DNA of 64,000 nt, from positions 32,001 through 96,000 of the forward strand of contig CAWHWX010000034.1 of the NCBI GenBank assembly GCA_963833125.1. The letters are read 5' to 3'. Both the position numbers and the translations under genes were made by a program. Positions 11,088 to 22,669 of this stretch are shown piece by piece; the first letter of the stretch is position 1, and every line of letters begins with the position of its first letter. The notes under the pieces were generated by a model. It was not told the origin of the DNA and searched no databases. It saw only the letters and a list, made by a program, of their open reading frames with translations. This DNA comes from Candidatus Bathyarchaeota archaeon (GTDB lineage: Archaea; Thermoproteota; Bathyarchaeia; 40CM-2-53-6).

Positions 11088-12653
11088 ATGGCTCAATCAC
11101 GGGTCGCAGTTGGCAGAGGAGCAACGTCACTCTACATAGCGAATGTCGTTGTTCTGGTAGCCAACACACTGTACTTTCTCATCTTGACCAACGTCCTGCG
11201 CTCGACTTTGGGCGTTGGCGTTGTAACGGCCCTAAACTTGTTGATCTGGTTCCTTGTTACAATATGTATCCTCGCACAACCGGTGACGATGCAATCGCCT
11301 ATACCCGCGCCTCTCGCAGTGCTGAAGTTCATTCCAGACCTTATCGATCGAAATGCACGAGCGGGTGCTGCGAGAGTATTCATGCTGTCGCTTGGAATCG
11401 CTGCGGCGATTGCGCTCAGCACCGGTGCGTTACTTATCATATTTCCAAGCGTGGTGGCCCCACTATTGGGGGGCATCTCTGTTCTTCCAATGTTTATCCA
11501 ACTCGCTGCAGTTGATGTGATTCTCCTCTCTCTCGGCCAAGTTTGCATCGCCTCTCTCATCGCTGTGGGCGAGATGCGCAAAGCTACACTCTACATCATA
11601 TTGTGGAGTATAGCTCGCTATCTTCTGGCTTCCCTTTTTCTGTTCAATTACGCAATCCCGGGCGTCCTCGTGGGATGGATTGTGGGAGACGGCGTGTTGC
11701 TCGCAGTCGCCCTCCGAGGGTCGATCGGAGTATTCGGAGTCTCGGCGGGACGGGCAGAGTTCTCGATGCCGGAATTCGTGAAGTATTCATCAATCACTTT
11801 TGTGAGTGCCTTGATTGGATACGCGATAAACCAAGCAGATAAATTGTTCACCTTGGCCCAACAAGGTCTACCTCAACTTGCAATTTACAATGTAGCTATA
11901 GTTGCTGCCAGCTTCTCAGGATTCGCCCCCTACGCATTGACAACCGTTCTATTGCCAGCATTGTCGTCTCTGCACGCGGCCAATGAAGTGCAGGAGATCA
12001 GGCGTATGGTGCGACATTACAGTAGATTCGTCGCAATCATAGTTCTCCCAGTCGCTGTCGGTTTTGCGTCAATCACCGATGTGGCTCTCAGGATCTTTGG
12101 TCCCACGTACACGAGCGGTTTGGTACCTTCGGTAATCGTATCCTTAACAACTGGGTTGACGGCGGTGGGTGCAGTATATGCGGCGGTACTGTTAGCCGTG
12201 GGTAAGTTGAGGTGGTATACTGGGGCTAACGTTTTAGGTCTTGTTAGTTTAGCAGTTGTCGCCTACGTAGCCACACCCGTCCTGGGTTTATCGGGACCTG
12301 CCTTAGGCCGTGCAAGCCTAATGATTCTCGCGGCTCTGGTCTATGGTTACGCGACCATGAGAAGTGGATTCTTCGAGCTAGATGTCAAAGCGTTTGTCTG
12401 TGCTGCTGCTAGTTCCTTGCTCATGGGGGCGGTCATATTTTTCGGGCTGTGGGTATTCCACACGTTCCTCACAAAACTCTTAATGATCCCCGTTTTCGTT
12501 GCGGTTGGAGCTTTGGTCTACCTTGGATGCTTGCGTGTGTTTAGGCTTCTTCAGAAGGATGATCTGGACTTCATACGAGATCTCGTTCCAGAAAGACTTC
12601 ATCCGCTAGTCGCAATTGTCGCGAGGATAACGAACGTATCGAGCAATAATTAG
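11088..12653 (+). CDS. Oligosaccharide flippase (Wzx/MOP superfamily)
   Basis: About 14 TM helices, ADKL and AIYNVA...LLPALS motifs, glycan-locus context. Confidence 0.85.
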   Translation: MAQSRVAVGRGATSLYIANVVVLVANTLYFLILTNVLRSTLGVGVVTALNLLIWFLVTICILAQPVTMQSPIPAPLAVLKFIPDLIDRNARAGAARVFMLSLGIAAAIALSTGALLIIFPSVVAPLLGGISVLPMFIQLAAVDVILLSLGQVCIASLIAVGEMRKATLYIILWSIARYLLASLFLFNYAIPGVLVGWIVGDGVLLAVALRGSIGVFGVSAGRAEFSMPEFVKYSSITFVSALIGYAINQADKLFTLAQQGLPQLAIYNVAIVAASFSGFAPYALTTVLLPALSSLHAANEVQEIRRMVRHYSRFVAIIVLPVAVGFASITDVALRIFGPTYTSGLVPSVIVSLTTGLTAVGAVYAAVLLAVGKLRWYTGANVLGLVSLAVVAYVATPVLGLSGPALGRASLMILAALVYGYATMRSGFFELDVKAFVCAAASSLLMGAVIFFGLWVFHTFLTKLLMIPVFVAVGALVYLGCLRVFRLLQKDDLDFIRDLVPERLHPLVAIVARITNVSSNN

Positions 12654-12657
12654 ACTA

Positions 12658-12957
12658 TTAATTTGTGGGTAGTGGGAGTCCCTTACAACCGACCTTTCCA
12701 CGTACCCTACGGTTGAAATTCGGACATGTGAAACACTCCACAAATGAGACTTTCTTCAGCTTCACAGGACAATCCACCGCTTCCTTCTTCATCCGCGCAA
12801 GCATCTTGCCCTTGACTGCGCCTTTGATGGCCTCCAACGACTCCTTTGGGCTTGGTATAGCCTTAGGCGGAGCGAAGATGTCGACCAGGTACTTGTCGTC
12901 GGCTCCCAGCTGAACGGCAGGCGCCTTGGTTTCGTCCGCGGAAGAGGGTGTGCTCAT
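12658..12957 (-). CDS. Small protein with C-terminal Cys4 motif (C-x11-C-x2-C-x12-C)
   Basis: 99 aa; GAGGT upstream of the ATG; four Cys. Confidence 0.7.
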   Translation of the reverse strand: MSTPSSADETKAPAVQLGADDKYLVDIFAPPKAIPSPKESLEAIKGAVKGKMLARMKKEAVDCPVKLKKVSFVECFTCPNFNRRVRGKVGCKGLPLPTN

Positions 12958-13127
12958 TGCGACCTCAAGCCTCAGGAAGGGCTCCATTTGAATCCATAAA
13001 GACCTTTCTCATGGTGTTCGTGTTGGTTTTCGGGGTATCGCTGTCAAGAGTGCCCTTCTGACGACTTCTTGAGGAAGCAGTCGGGTAGGTTTCTACGATT
13101 ATTGATATTCGGCTGATTCTACTGGAT

Positions 13128-13892
13128 TTAGCGGAATAGATCAAGTCTTCTACCTAGGAGGAGTTTTCTTGATAGGTTCCCATCCGAGCTTCGTTTCATT
13201 CGATAGAGCCCTCTTATTATGGCCACTGGGGTTCGTTCTCTTCCTTGCCCCATGACTAGTTCAGCGGCCGCAGCCACCTCATCCGCCATAGCCACATACT
13301 TGTACCTTAGACTGTAACCGAACATGTCATCCAGCCCTCGGTAGTCAACGATCGGCTCCATGCCTGCTACGCCTATCGCGAATTCCACTTGCCCTACGCG
13401 CAGGGGGCGACTGTAAGTATCAGCTATTATCACGGCAAGTTGTTTTCCGGAGAGTTGTTCGAGGCGGGTGAGAATTTCATTAGCCGCAACGTCGGAGTTT
13501 GGGGGCAGGCGGCTGTAAATGAATCGGCCTTCAACATTTGATTTGTCTACGCCTGCGTTCAGGCAGACTAACCCGTCTTTCCTACGAACCACAAACGCCT
13601 GCGAGTCAGCGCGCAGAACGCTCGCCGAGTCTTGAAGTATTAGTTCAATGACCCGAGAATCTTTCTTCGTCCGCTTTGACAAGGCCTTAGCTTTTTGCCC
13701 GGGCTTGATTACTGACGTGTCGACCAACAGTCCATTAGCCTTGGACACAATTTTCTGGGAGATTACGACCAAATCGCCGTCATCAAGGATAATGCCTTCC
13801 TCTTTCGCCCTTTCGAAGATCAGTTGCGCGACGTTGTCACCAGGCCTAATCGATCCAAGCTTCTCCAATCCGAATATTGTCAACGTCCGCAA
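13128..13892 (-). CDS. cofE: Coenzyme F420-0:L-glutamate ligase
   Basis: SQKIVSKANG, NAGVDKSN, IIADTYSRPLRVG, ADEVAAAAELVMG. Confidence 0.92.
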   Translation of the reverse strand: MRTLTIFGLEKLGSIRPGDNVAQLIFERAKEEGIILDDGDLVVISQKIVSKANGLLVDTSVIKPGQKAKALSKRTKKDSRVIELILQDSASVLRADSQAFVVRRKDGLVCLNAGVDKSNVEGRFIYSRLPPNSDVAANEILTRLEQLSGKQLAVIIADTYSRPLRVGQVEFAIGVAGMEPIVDYRGLDDMFGYSLRYKYVAMADEVAAAAELVMGQGRERTPVAIIRGLYRMKRSSDGNLSRKLLLGRRLDLFR

Positions 13893-14201
13893 TTACGACC
13901 CTTCCTCAACATATTTGATTCCCGGCGCGCCTCTACCAATTTACGCTTAAATAAGATGCGACATGCCGTCTGTCATTTTGTGTCAGCAACAGAATCTCAC
14001 CTATCTCGCATATTTCACCTCAGGCTGATTATGCTCTCGCAGGCTGAGAGTAATATGAAGTTGAGAGGAAGCAAACCCCTAACGATAAAACATGAGTAAC
14101 TAAATCGCACGGTTCACGTATTCGTAGTCTGAAGGTGGACGTTTCACTTAAATAACGATTCGCATTCCTACGCAGAGTTCGCATTCAAAGAGATGTAACG
14201 A

Positions 14202-16273
14202 TTGACAATCGAATACGTATTCGCGGCGAGCTTCGTATCCCTTGTTGTCGCAGGAATCTTGGTCAACTGGATCTTGAAACAGGATACGGGAACCGACCGA
14301 ATGAGAGAGATTTCCAGCGCGATCAAAACGGGAGCAGAAGCCTATCTAGCTCGTCAATATCGAACCATCAGCATAATTGCCGTGGTGACCACTGTTCTTC
14401 TAGCCGTGGCTATCCGCGACGCTTCAAACCCCTGGCTGGGCGTTGACACCGCCGCCGGCTTCATGTTGGGTGCGCTTGCTTCTAATTTGGCTGGGTACAT
14501 TGCCATGTTCGTCTCAGTGAGAACTAACGTTCGTGCAGCGAAGGGAGCAATGACAAGCCTAGACCGAGCGTTGAAAATAGCGTTCCGAGGTGGGGTCGTC
14601 TTCGGCTTGGCCGTTGTCTCCTTGAGCTTACTTGGGATCTCGTCGTTGTTCTTAGTGTTTCATGGTGATCCTCGACTTATGGTTGGATTCGGTTTCGGCG
14701 CAAGTTTCGCCGCTTTGTTTGCGCAACTTGGTGGCGGAATTTACACAAAAGCAGCCGACATGTCTGCCGACTTGGTTGGTAAAGTCGAGGCTGGAATACC
14801 TGAGGACGACCCGCGGAACCCCGCGGTAATCGCCGACCTGGTGGGTGACAATGTTGGTGATATTGCCGGACGTGGTGCAGATCTCTTCGAATCCATAACC
14901 GCCGAAAACATTGGCGCAATGATTCTCGGGATCGCACCCGCCGTTTACGTGTTGTTTGGAGTGAACGGGCTGATCTTTCCGCTGATGGCTCGTGCCTTTG
15001 GTCTGATTGGAACTATGGTCGGAGCGTTATTCGTTTACCACCGCAAGAACGAAAATCCGTTCACTTCCTTGATACGGGGGCTCGTGAGTCACAGGCGTAA
15101 TCAGCGCCGTAGGGTTTTACGTGCTTACGATGGTCCTCCTGAACGGGGATTTAGACTACTTCTTCGCTTCGCTCGTGGGCATAGTCGCAGCGTTGGCCGT
15201 TGCACTGATCACAGATTATTATACGTCATACAGAAGAAGCCCGACCTTGGGAATTGCGAAGGCGGCTGAGACTGGCGCTGCTCCCGGCCTCGTTAGTGGC
15301 CTAGCGGTCGGTATGGCGTCTACCGCTCTGTTCATCATCGTGATAGGAGCGGCGATTCTACTTGCGTTCTGGTTGGGTAACGGATTTGCTTCTCTGGGTG
15401 GCAATTTGGATCTTACCGATCCGGCGTTCCAAAAGGGCCTGTATGGAACTGCGATTGCGACGATGGGAATGCTTTCAGTAACTCCGATGGTGCTAGCCAT
15501 GGACGGGTTTGGGCCGATCACTGACAACAGCGGGTGGAATACTGGAAATGTCCGGTGTACCTGCAAAGGCTCGGGCCGTCTCGGACGAGTTAGATTCGGT
15601 CGGAAATACCACTAAAGCCTTGACGAAGGGTTACGGTGTCGCTTCCGCTGCGCTTTCGGCATTCCTGCTTTTCAGCGCGTTCCTGGAGGTGGCGGGTCTG
15701 AAGGGCGTGGACTTATCGAGGCCGGGGGTTTTCGTAGGTGCTTTCATTGGGGCGATGCTGATCTTCTTCTTCAGTTCATTGGCAATCAAGGCGGTAGGAA
15801 ATACGTCGGCAGTAATGATTCGTGAGATCAGGCGGCAATTCAAGGCAATCCCTGGCATTATGAAGGGCACTGCAAAGCCGGACTATTCGCGTTGCATAGA
15901 CATTAGCACAAAGGCCGCTTTGAAGAACATGGTCTATCCAAGCTTACTTGTTGTGGCGGGCCCGATCCTAGTCGGGGTGTTGTTGGGGGCTGAGGCTGCT
16001 GGAGGGTTACTTATGGTTGGGACGGTGGTCGGTGTGCTTATGGCGCTCTTTATGAACAATGTTGGAGCTGCACTAGACAATGCGAAGAAGTACGTTGAAG
16101 CAGGACACTTGGGAGGAAAAGGATCACCCGTTCACGCTGCGACCGTTATAGGCGACACGTTTGGGGATCCGCTTAAAGACACAGCCGGTCCATCGTTACA
16201 TGTCGTCGTTAAACTACTGAACACGATAACCCTAGCGCTTGCACCACTATTCATCTACGCGTTACTTCATTAA
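14202..16273 (+). CDS. hppA: Membrane-bound H+-translocating pyrophosphatase, K+-independent type (two frameshifts)
   Basis: GGGIYTKAADMSADLVGKVE, EDDPRNP, DNVGD, GPITDN, GNTTKA, GDTFGDPLKDTAGPS across ORFs 14202-15269, 15121-15615 and 15509-16273. Confidence 0.93.
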
Positions 16274-16429
16274 AGCCCGAAATACGCTGGATCAAGAAAC
16301 CTATCCTCAAAGTCACACCATCTAACCCTCGACGACTCCATCCCGCCATCGTAGCCAAGGCCCCTTTTCCGTTTATTCTCAAGAAGGAACGCTAATAATC
16401 GGGCGATGGGGTAGCAGCGCTAGGTCGAA

Positions 16430-17641
16430 ATGCTACAGGAAACCGTAAGGCCCTCGAGGAGGGCTGAAGGCGTAGAGTACGCTATTCGTGACATTATCTC
16501 CAAGGCTGAGGAAGTGAGGCGTAAAGGAAAGAGGATCATCCCTCTGAACATCGGGGATCCAGTCAAATATGGATTCGACACACCTGCACACATCAAAGAG
16601 GCAGTAAAGAAAGCGATTGATAACGGCGAAAATTATTACTCAGCTTCTGAAGGGTTGAAAGGAGCTCCGAGAGGCGGTAGCGGAGAAGGAGAACATAGTC
16701 AATCATGCCCAAATTGAACCAAGCAATGTCGTCATCACCCAAGGCATCTCCGAAGCAATCATGTTCTTAACGGGTGCCTTGGTAAACCCGGGTGACGAGG
16801 TGCTAATGCCCGGTCCATGCTACTCGCCATACATTACCTACACGAAATTCTTCGAAGGCAAACCAGTCACTTATAGGACGATGGAAGAGAACGACTGGGC
16901 ACCTGACCTGTCCGATCTCGAAAAGAAAGTCACCGATCGGACACGGCTTATCATTATCATTAACCCTAGTAACCCGACAGGCTCAGTCTACTCGGAAAAG
17001 GCCCTGTTAGGGATTCTGGAAATAGCAGCCGCGCACAACATTCCCGTTGCAGCGGACGAGATATACGATAGAATAATTTTCGACGGCAAATTCACCTCCA
17101 TAACCTCGATCGCCAAAGACGTCCCTATCCTTTGCCTGAACGGATTCTCTAAGGCTTACCTAATGACCGGGTGGCGGTTGGGCTACATTTACACTCAGGA
17201 CCCAACCGAGAGACTGAAGGATGTTTGGGAGGCGATTGAGAAGCTGTCGCGGGTTCGCCTTTGCGCCAGCACGCCCGCGCAATATGGGGGAATAGCGGCT
17301 CTGACGGGCCCGCAAGGACACATCACGCAAATGGTCTCAACCCTAAAACGGCGACGTGACTTCGCGTGGAAACGATTGACTGAGATCGAGGGATTGACGG
17401 TGACGAAACCGCAGGGTGCCTTCTACCTTTTTCCAAAGGTAACTTTGCAAGGGACAAATGGAAGAACGACAAAGAGTTCGTAACTGAACTATTGGAGGAA
17501 ACGGGTGTACTTGTGGTTCACGGTTCCGGCTTCGACCCAGTATATGGTAACGGCCATTTTAGATCCGTCTTCCTTCCCGAGGAGGCAATGATGTCCGAGG
17601 CGTTCGACGCGATCGAAGGCTTCATGAAACGTCACTCATGA
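16430..17641 (+). CDS. PLP-dependent aminotransferase class I/II (alanine aminotransferase-like), frameshifted
   Basis: YAIRDI, LNIGDP, NPSNPTG, DEIYD, SKAYLMTGWRLG; frameshifts near 16660 and 17455. Confidence 0.9.
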
Positions 17642-17690
17642 TTGAATTGTAAAGGTTTAATTCAAGCTGGAACACGTGGTTTCGTGGTTC

Positions 17691-17873
17691 ATGTCGATGT
17701 CTGAAGATACCAGCGAGCAGCCAGCAGGCATAATGTACGAGTGCATAAGCTGCGGTCAGCACCTAACCGCTGATCAACTGTCCATGACACCAGAAATCAA
17801 ATGCCCATACTGCGGTTATCGGGTTCTAAGAAAGGCGCGTCCTCCGATCGTAAAACGAGTTAAAGCACGATAG
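17691..17873 (+). CDS. rpoP: RNA polymerase subunit Rpo12 (RpoP)
   Basis: YECISCG...IKCPYCGYRVLRKARPPIVKRVKAR. Confidence 0.95.
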   Translation: MSMSEDTSEQPAGIMYECISCGQHLTADQLSMTPEIKCPYCGYRVLRKARPPIVKRVKAR

Positions 17874-18046
17874 ATTCCTAAATCCTTGATTTACCACTTG
17901 CTGGAGAAGACATCTACGTAGGTAAGCAGTTTTCCACCCAACCTACACTTACCAAATACTTACATTCTCTCTCGTAGATAGCACCTGTTCTATCGGCGCC
18001 CTCTTTCCCATTTGATTTTTCTCTAGGGCAAAACTTGGCGGATGTT

Positions 18047-18448
18047 TCAAGAAACACTGGGACCCGTCTCTTGCTTTTTTGTGGTTAGATCGGTTATTTC
18101 CGTTGCGAGTTCCTGTTTCGTCTTTCCTAAGGTATTTATGCCCAGACTCTTCGCGGCAATTATGATTGGGTCTTGAGGAGGAGGGGTTGTTGCTTGCTGG
18201 CTAATCTTTGGCGTGCTCGTTGGAGAGTTGACGATAGTTTTGTTAATGGAATCTGTGATAGGGTTTGTGATGGCCTGCAGATCCACAACCGATGTAACCT
18301 CTTTGGCTGCTTTATCGAATTCTCTTTTTGCTTGGCCTATTACTCTGGCCATCTCGGGAACTTTCGATGGCCCCCAGAGGAAGAGTACTATGAGTATCGC
18401 GACTATAACTAGTCCGTCAAGTCCAAAGAGTGGCAATTCTTTCCACAA
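18047..18448 (-). CDS. tatA: Twin-arginine translocase TatA
   Basis: TM helix followed by WGPSKVPEMARVIGQAKREF. Confidence 0.88.
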   Translation of the reverse strand: MWKELPLFGLDGLVIVAILIVLFLWGPSKVPEMARVIGQAKREFDKAAKEVTSVVDLQAITNPITDSINKTIVNSPTSTPKISQQATTPPPQDPIIIAAKSLGINTLGKTKQELATEITDLTTKKQETGPSVS

Positions 18449-18613
18449 TCATGGGCAGCGTTGGGCTCCCTATAAGAATGCTGAATTCCATACTGTGTCT
18501 GGAAAATGAGATCCATGATTCCGTCACCTTGATCTTCGGTTGATTACCCCATTAGATGAATGAATCAAGATCCTGGGGTTCAGAGCAGGTACGCCCTTAG
18601 AGGCATGTCGTGT

Positions 18614-19507
18614 CTAGATTTGTGATTTTCCGCATGATGCACAAAACGACGAGGAGACGTTGCTGCCACAGAACCTGCATGCCATCGTAGCCAACTGGGT
18701 CTTTGGTGAGGCAGAGGTATCCCTTGGGCGATTTCTCTCAATTCTTCTCGCCGCATATGCAGCTATTTCAAAGATCCCAGCGAAGGGAATCATTATGATT
18801 GTAGCAGTAATTGGAGTTGGATCGGGACCGAAGGTCCAGATAATCATCTCCAATGCAATATAAATTGCAATTTTCGTCTTGCCGGATAGAACTTTTGCCG
18901 AGATGATTCCGAACTGCACCAGAAGCACGATGAATACTGGGATGGTATAGAAAATGCCTGATGCCAGAAGAAGCGTGAAGACCCAATTGTAGAAGTCCTT
19001 TATGCCAATGAACGGAACTGCTCCGCCATTAGTTATGAACCAGACAAGAATTTGAAATGTAATCGGTATTATCACGAGGTAGGCCATCGCAAGTCCGAGA
19101 GTGAAGAGTCCGACAAATGCCCCCACGAACCACATGAGGTATTTCCGTTCGTTCGGATAGAGAGCGGGCTTGACGTAGGCATAAATCTCATACGCGATAG
19201 CTGGTGAACCCAGCACTACGCCAATGAGCACGGTAAGGTACATGTAAACAAAAAGAGTGTCCACAAGACCTGATGCTATGAGGGTGGCACCGGTGGGTAG
19301 AAAATCATGTTTCATTTTCTGCATCAGTATCGATACTAGTGGCTTGTATTGGTGCATTGGATCCGAGTATCCCTGAAGGTCGGATGGCAAGAATCCGATA
19401 CTGCAGGTCACCGCAAGCACGATAATTATGATCTTCAGGCGTTTGGTTAACTCCGACAAGTGTTCCCAGATCGTTCCTGCCTTCCCGTCATCCTGTTTCT
19501 CGGACAA
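18614..19507 (-). CDS. tatC: Twin-arginine translocase TatC with C-terminal zinc ribbon
   Basis: IWEHLSELTKRL, PALYPNER, PDPT, six TM helices; tail CRFC...CASC. Confidence 0.92.
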   Translation of the reverse strand: MSEKQDDGKAGTIWEHLSELTKRLKIIIIVLAVTCSIGFLPSDLQGYSDPMHQYKPLVSILMQKMKHDFLPTGATLIASGLVDTLFVYMYLTVLIGVVLGSPAIAYEIYAYVKPALYPNERKYLMWFVGAFVGLFTLGLAMAYLVIIPITFQILVWFITNGGAVPFIGIKDFYNWVFTLLLASGIFYTIPVFIVLLVQFGIISAKVLSGKTKIAIYIALEMIIWTFGPDPTPITATIIMIPFAGIFEIAAYAARRIERNRPRDTSASPKTQLATMACRFCGSNVSSSFCASCGKSQI

Positions 19508-19693
19508 AATTCACGCCACAAGTACAATGGATTTGCGTGTGAGCCTAATCACAAACCAGGAATTCGCAAAGTATTGCCGTATTGTAAAGAAAGCATTTGT
19601 GATTGACGCCTTATCGGCAATAGTCATCGTTTAAGCGGGTTCACCTGATTCGGAGGGAGAGCTAAGCGGCGCATCTAATCAGGATAATCGATT

Positions 19694-19999
19694 TCATTTA
19701 GGCGAGGTCTTGTCGGCTATCTCTCTTGCGATCTCTTCTTTCGTCTTACCCTCTGTGCTGATGCCCAGATTCTTCGCTGCGACGATCAATGGGTCAGTTG
19801 CAGGCTGCGCAGTTGGCGTGCCATTGGTAGGAGATGATACTTCCTTTGCTGTTCTTTCAAATTCCTTCTTGGCGAGCCCTATCGATCTTGCCAGTTCGGG
19901 TAACTTCTGCGGGCCCCATAAGAATACGACCAGTAAGATTCCTAGCACAATTAGCCATTCATATCCGACTAGTGCCAAGATTAACACCGAGAAAGGCAT
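19694..19999 (-). CDS. tatA: Twin-arginine translocase TatA (second copy)
   Basis: GYEWLIV...WGPQKLPELARSIGLAKKEF; shares a DP(I/L)I.AAK.LGI.T.GKTK tail with the first copy. Confidence 0.9.
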   Translation of the reverse strand: MPFSVLILALVGYEWLIVLGILLVVFLWGPQKLPELARSIGLAKKEFERTAKEVSSPTNGTPTAQPATDPLIVAAKNLGISTEGKTKEEIAREIADKTSPK

Positions 20000-20168
20000 G
20001 CATCCCGTTTGATATAAGAGTGATGAGCAGATTCTTAGAATTTCCCAGGGACAACCATCAAATGCATTTAAGCTTAGACTATTTTTCCTGCCTAGATTCT
20101 GCTGAATCCCATCGGAAAGGCGTATATCGTCTACGCGGTTTCCGAGACTAGATCGGGTGACTCTCCCA

Positions 20169-20971
20169 GTGACCACAAACGCGGTGCTCAACGAGGTTCC
20201 AGCGCATCACGCTCAGGCTGAATTGGCTTGTGAGGATCTAGGATTCGCGCATACGGTCAAAAATTCATCTTCAAAAACGTGAGCTTAGCCGCCTTCAAAG
20301 ACGAACTTGTCGCAATTATAGGTCCAACCGGAACGGGGAAATCAACCCTCCTTCGAACTCTCGCATATCTAATTCCTCCGACAACCGGCCACGTATTTCT
20401 TGAAGGAAAACAGATAACCCGACCGTCTTCCACAATCTCATTGATTCATCAATCCATTGCAACCTTTCCTTGGATGACGGCCTTAGACAATGTCAAACTC
20501 GCGCTAATCTGCAAGCGAACACCCAATGATGAAGCGGTTCAAATCTCCAAGAAGATGTTAGATCTAGTGGGCTTGAAGGCGGATGAGAATGACTATCCGA
20601 AAGAAATGAGCGGAGGGATGAGACAGAGAGTCGCAATTGCGAGAGCGCTAGCCGCGTCACCTGCAGTTTTATTGATGGATGAACCGTTCGTACACTTAGA
20701 CGAGTTAACCGCCGACGGTCTGAGAAGAGAGATCTATTCCTTGGTCTTCAACCCCGAGACCAGTCTAAAATCCGCAATTCTCGTATCGCATAACCTGCAT
20801 GAAGTCGTGCAGCTCGCTGACAGAGTTTACGTAATGAACGGATCACCTGCCGTGATTGTCGATGAAATTAGAATCGACTTACCGCGGCCAAGGACCGAGC
20901 GAAATCCTAGGTTCCTAGACTATATTGATCGGCTATACGATGAGTTGTCCTTAAAGTCGGCAAGGGTCTGA
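20169..20971 (+). CDS. ABC transporter ATP-binding protein (nitrate/sulfonate type), N-terminal frameshift
   Basis: GPTGTGKST, MSGGMRQR, LLMDEPF, SHN; upstream frame joins near 20250. Confidence 0.9.
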
Positions 20972-20974
20972 TAA

Positions 20975-22649
20975 GTGGATCTTGACGTTCTAATTCCATT
21001 GGCTACGCTTGCTACAATCGGCAGAATATTCGCACTCATTGCTCTTGCGATCATAACTGGATGGCTGCTCGCGTACGCATCAATCAAGAGCAGAAGATTC
21101 GAGAACGTATACATTCCATTGACCAACGTACTCGAGTCGATACCTGTCATAGGCTTCCTCCCATTAGTTTTGGTCGCATTCGTTCTCGCTATTCCTGGCG
21201 CGATAGGAGTGGAGGCGGCTGTGGACTTTCTTGTTTTCGATGCTGTCGCATGGAATGTCTGGATTGGCGTATACCAAGCATTCAAAACCGTACCCGAACA
21301 CTTGCTTGAGGTCTCGGAAAACTACAACTTTGGTTTTCTTAGAAGAATGAGGTACCTATTCATCCCTCACTCCATCCCAAGAATAACGTCAAACATTTTC
21401 TCAAGTTTCGCCGACGCATTCTTCTATATTTCCGTTAGCGAAGTGTTTACCGCCGGAGCCGCAACGGCAAGCGTATGTCAAGGAGGCGTTTGTTCAACTT
21501 TCGGTATCGGAACACTAATCACCAGGTTTTTAGTGGAGGGGAATTATGTCGGCGTATTCTATTCCCTCGTCTCGATCGCCGTCGCAGTAATCATAGTTAC
21601 ATTAGCACTCTCATGGCTAAGTAGGTGGGCTGTAGCCAAGTACGGGGTAGATACACCGGGGATTATCAAACGCCATGCGGGTAGGTGGCGAGGGCGCATC
21701 GCTTATCCTTGGCGAAAATGGCGAGCACATAATGCCTTTCGCGGCCAAACCTTGCCATTCTCGAGGTACGCGGCGAGAATGAGACCGCATTGGCGCAATC
21801 ACCATGTGCAGAGTGATCGTTTTGATCAAGCAAAGGTGCTGAGATATGTCAGCACCTTCGTTGTCACGGCTGTCCTTGCCTATCTTGCCTACGCCTCTTT
21901 CAGGCTGATAATTTCTGTTCCCATTGCCACATGGTACGGTTTCCTGTACGAAACGCCACAACTTCTCGAATACGTAGGAGCGGATTACATTCGAGTGAGC
22001 GTAATAACCCTCGCCTCATTGGGTTTAGCGATTTTCGCAGGGTACTTCCTCGCCACCCATCACAGGTTGGGCGATGTTATCTTCCCTGCAATCCAGGCGT
22101 TTGCAGCCTTTCCAGCGCCGACCTACTTTCCCTTGCTCTTCATCGTAACCATTCCCTTCGTCGAGAATGCGTTTCCATTCTTCTATACGGAGGTTTACAT
22201 ATTCTTGCTAGGTTTCCTAAGTTGTTTCTACTACGTCTTTTTCGATTTTTGGATAGGCGTTCAGGCCATCCCGTCGGAATTTCTCGATGTAGTGCGGAAC
22301 CATGAGATACCCTTCTGGGCTAGGATGAGACACGATAATACTGCCTGCAAGCCTACCCTATCTCATTACAGGCCTCTCTAGTACAATTAACAGTGCGTGG
22401 GCGGGTATGGCAATTGGCGAGTTCTGGCCTGACATTGCCCCGAAGATCTCTCCTCACGGGCTTCAAGCTCCATTCGGAATGATGTATTACATCACATCAA
22501 ACATGGCGAATGGAGCGATAGGGCGCACTGCCTACGTTTCATTGCTGTTTGCCGTTGTCGTTGCCATCTATGGAATATTCTTCACAAGGAACCTTATGGA
22601 CTTGGCTCGGAGAAAGTATGTGGTAGAGGAAGGCATTTTCGCAGCATAA
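20975..22649 (+). CDS. ABC transporter permease with duplicated membrane domain, frameshift near 22330
   Basis: LESIPVIGFLP and EAA-like loops occur twice; continues into ORF 22407-22649. Confidence 0.85.
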
Positions 22650-22669
22650 AACCGAGTCAATGGAATCAG

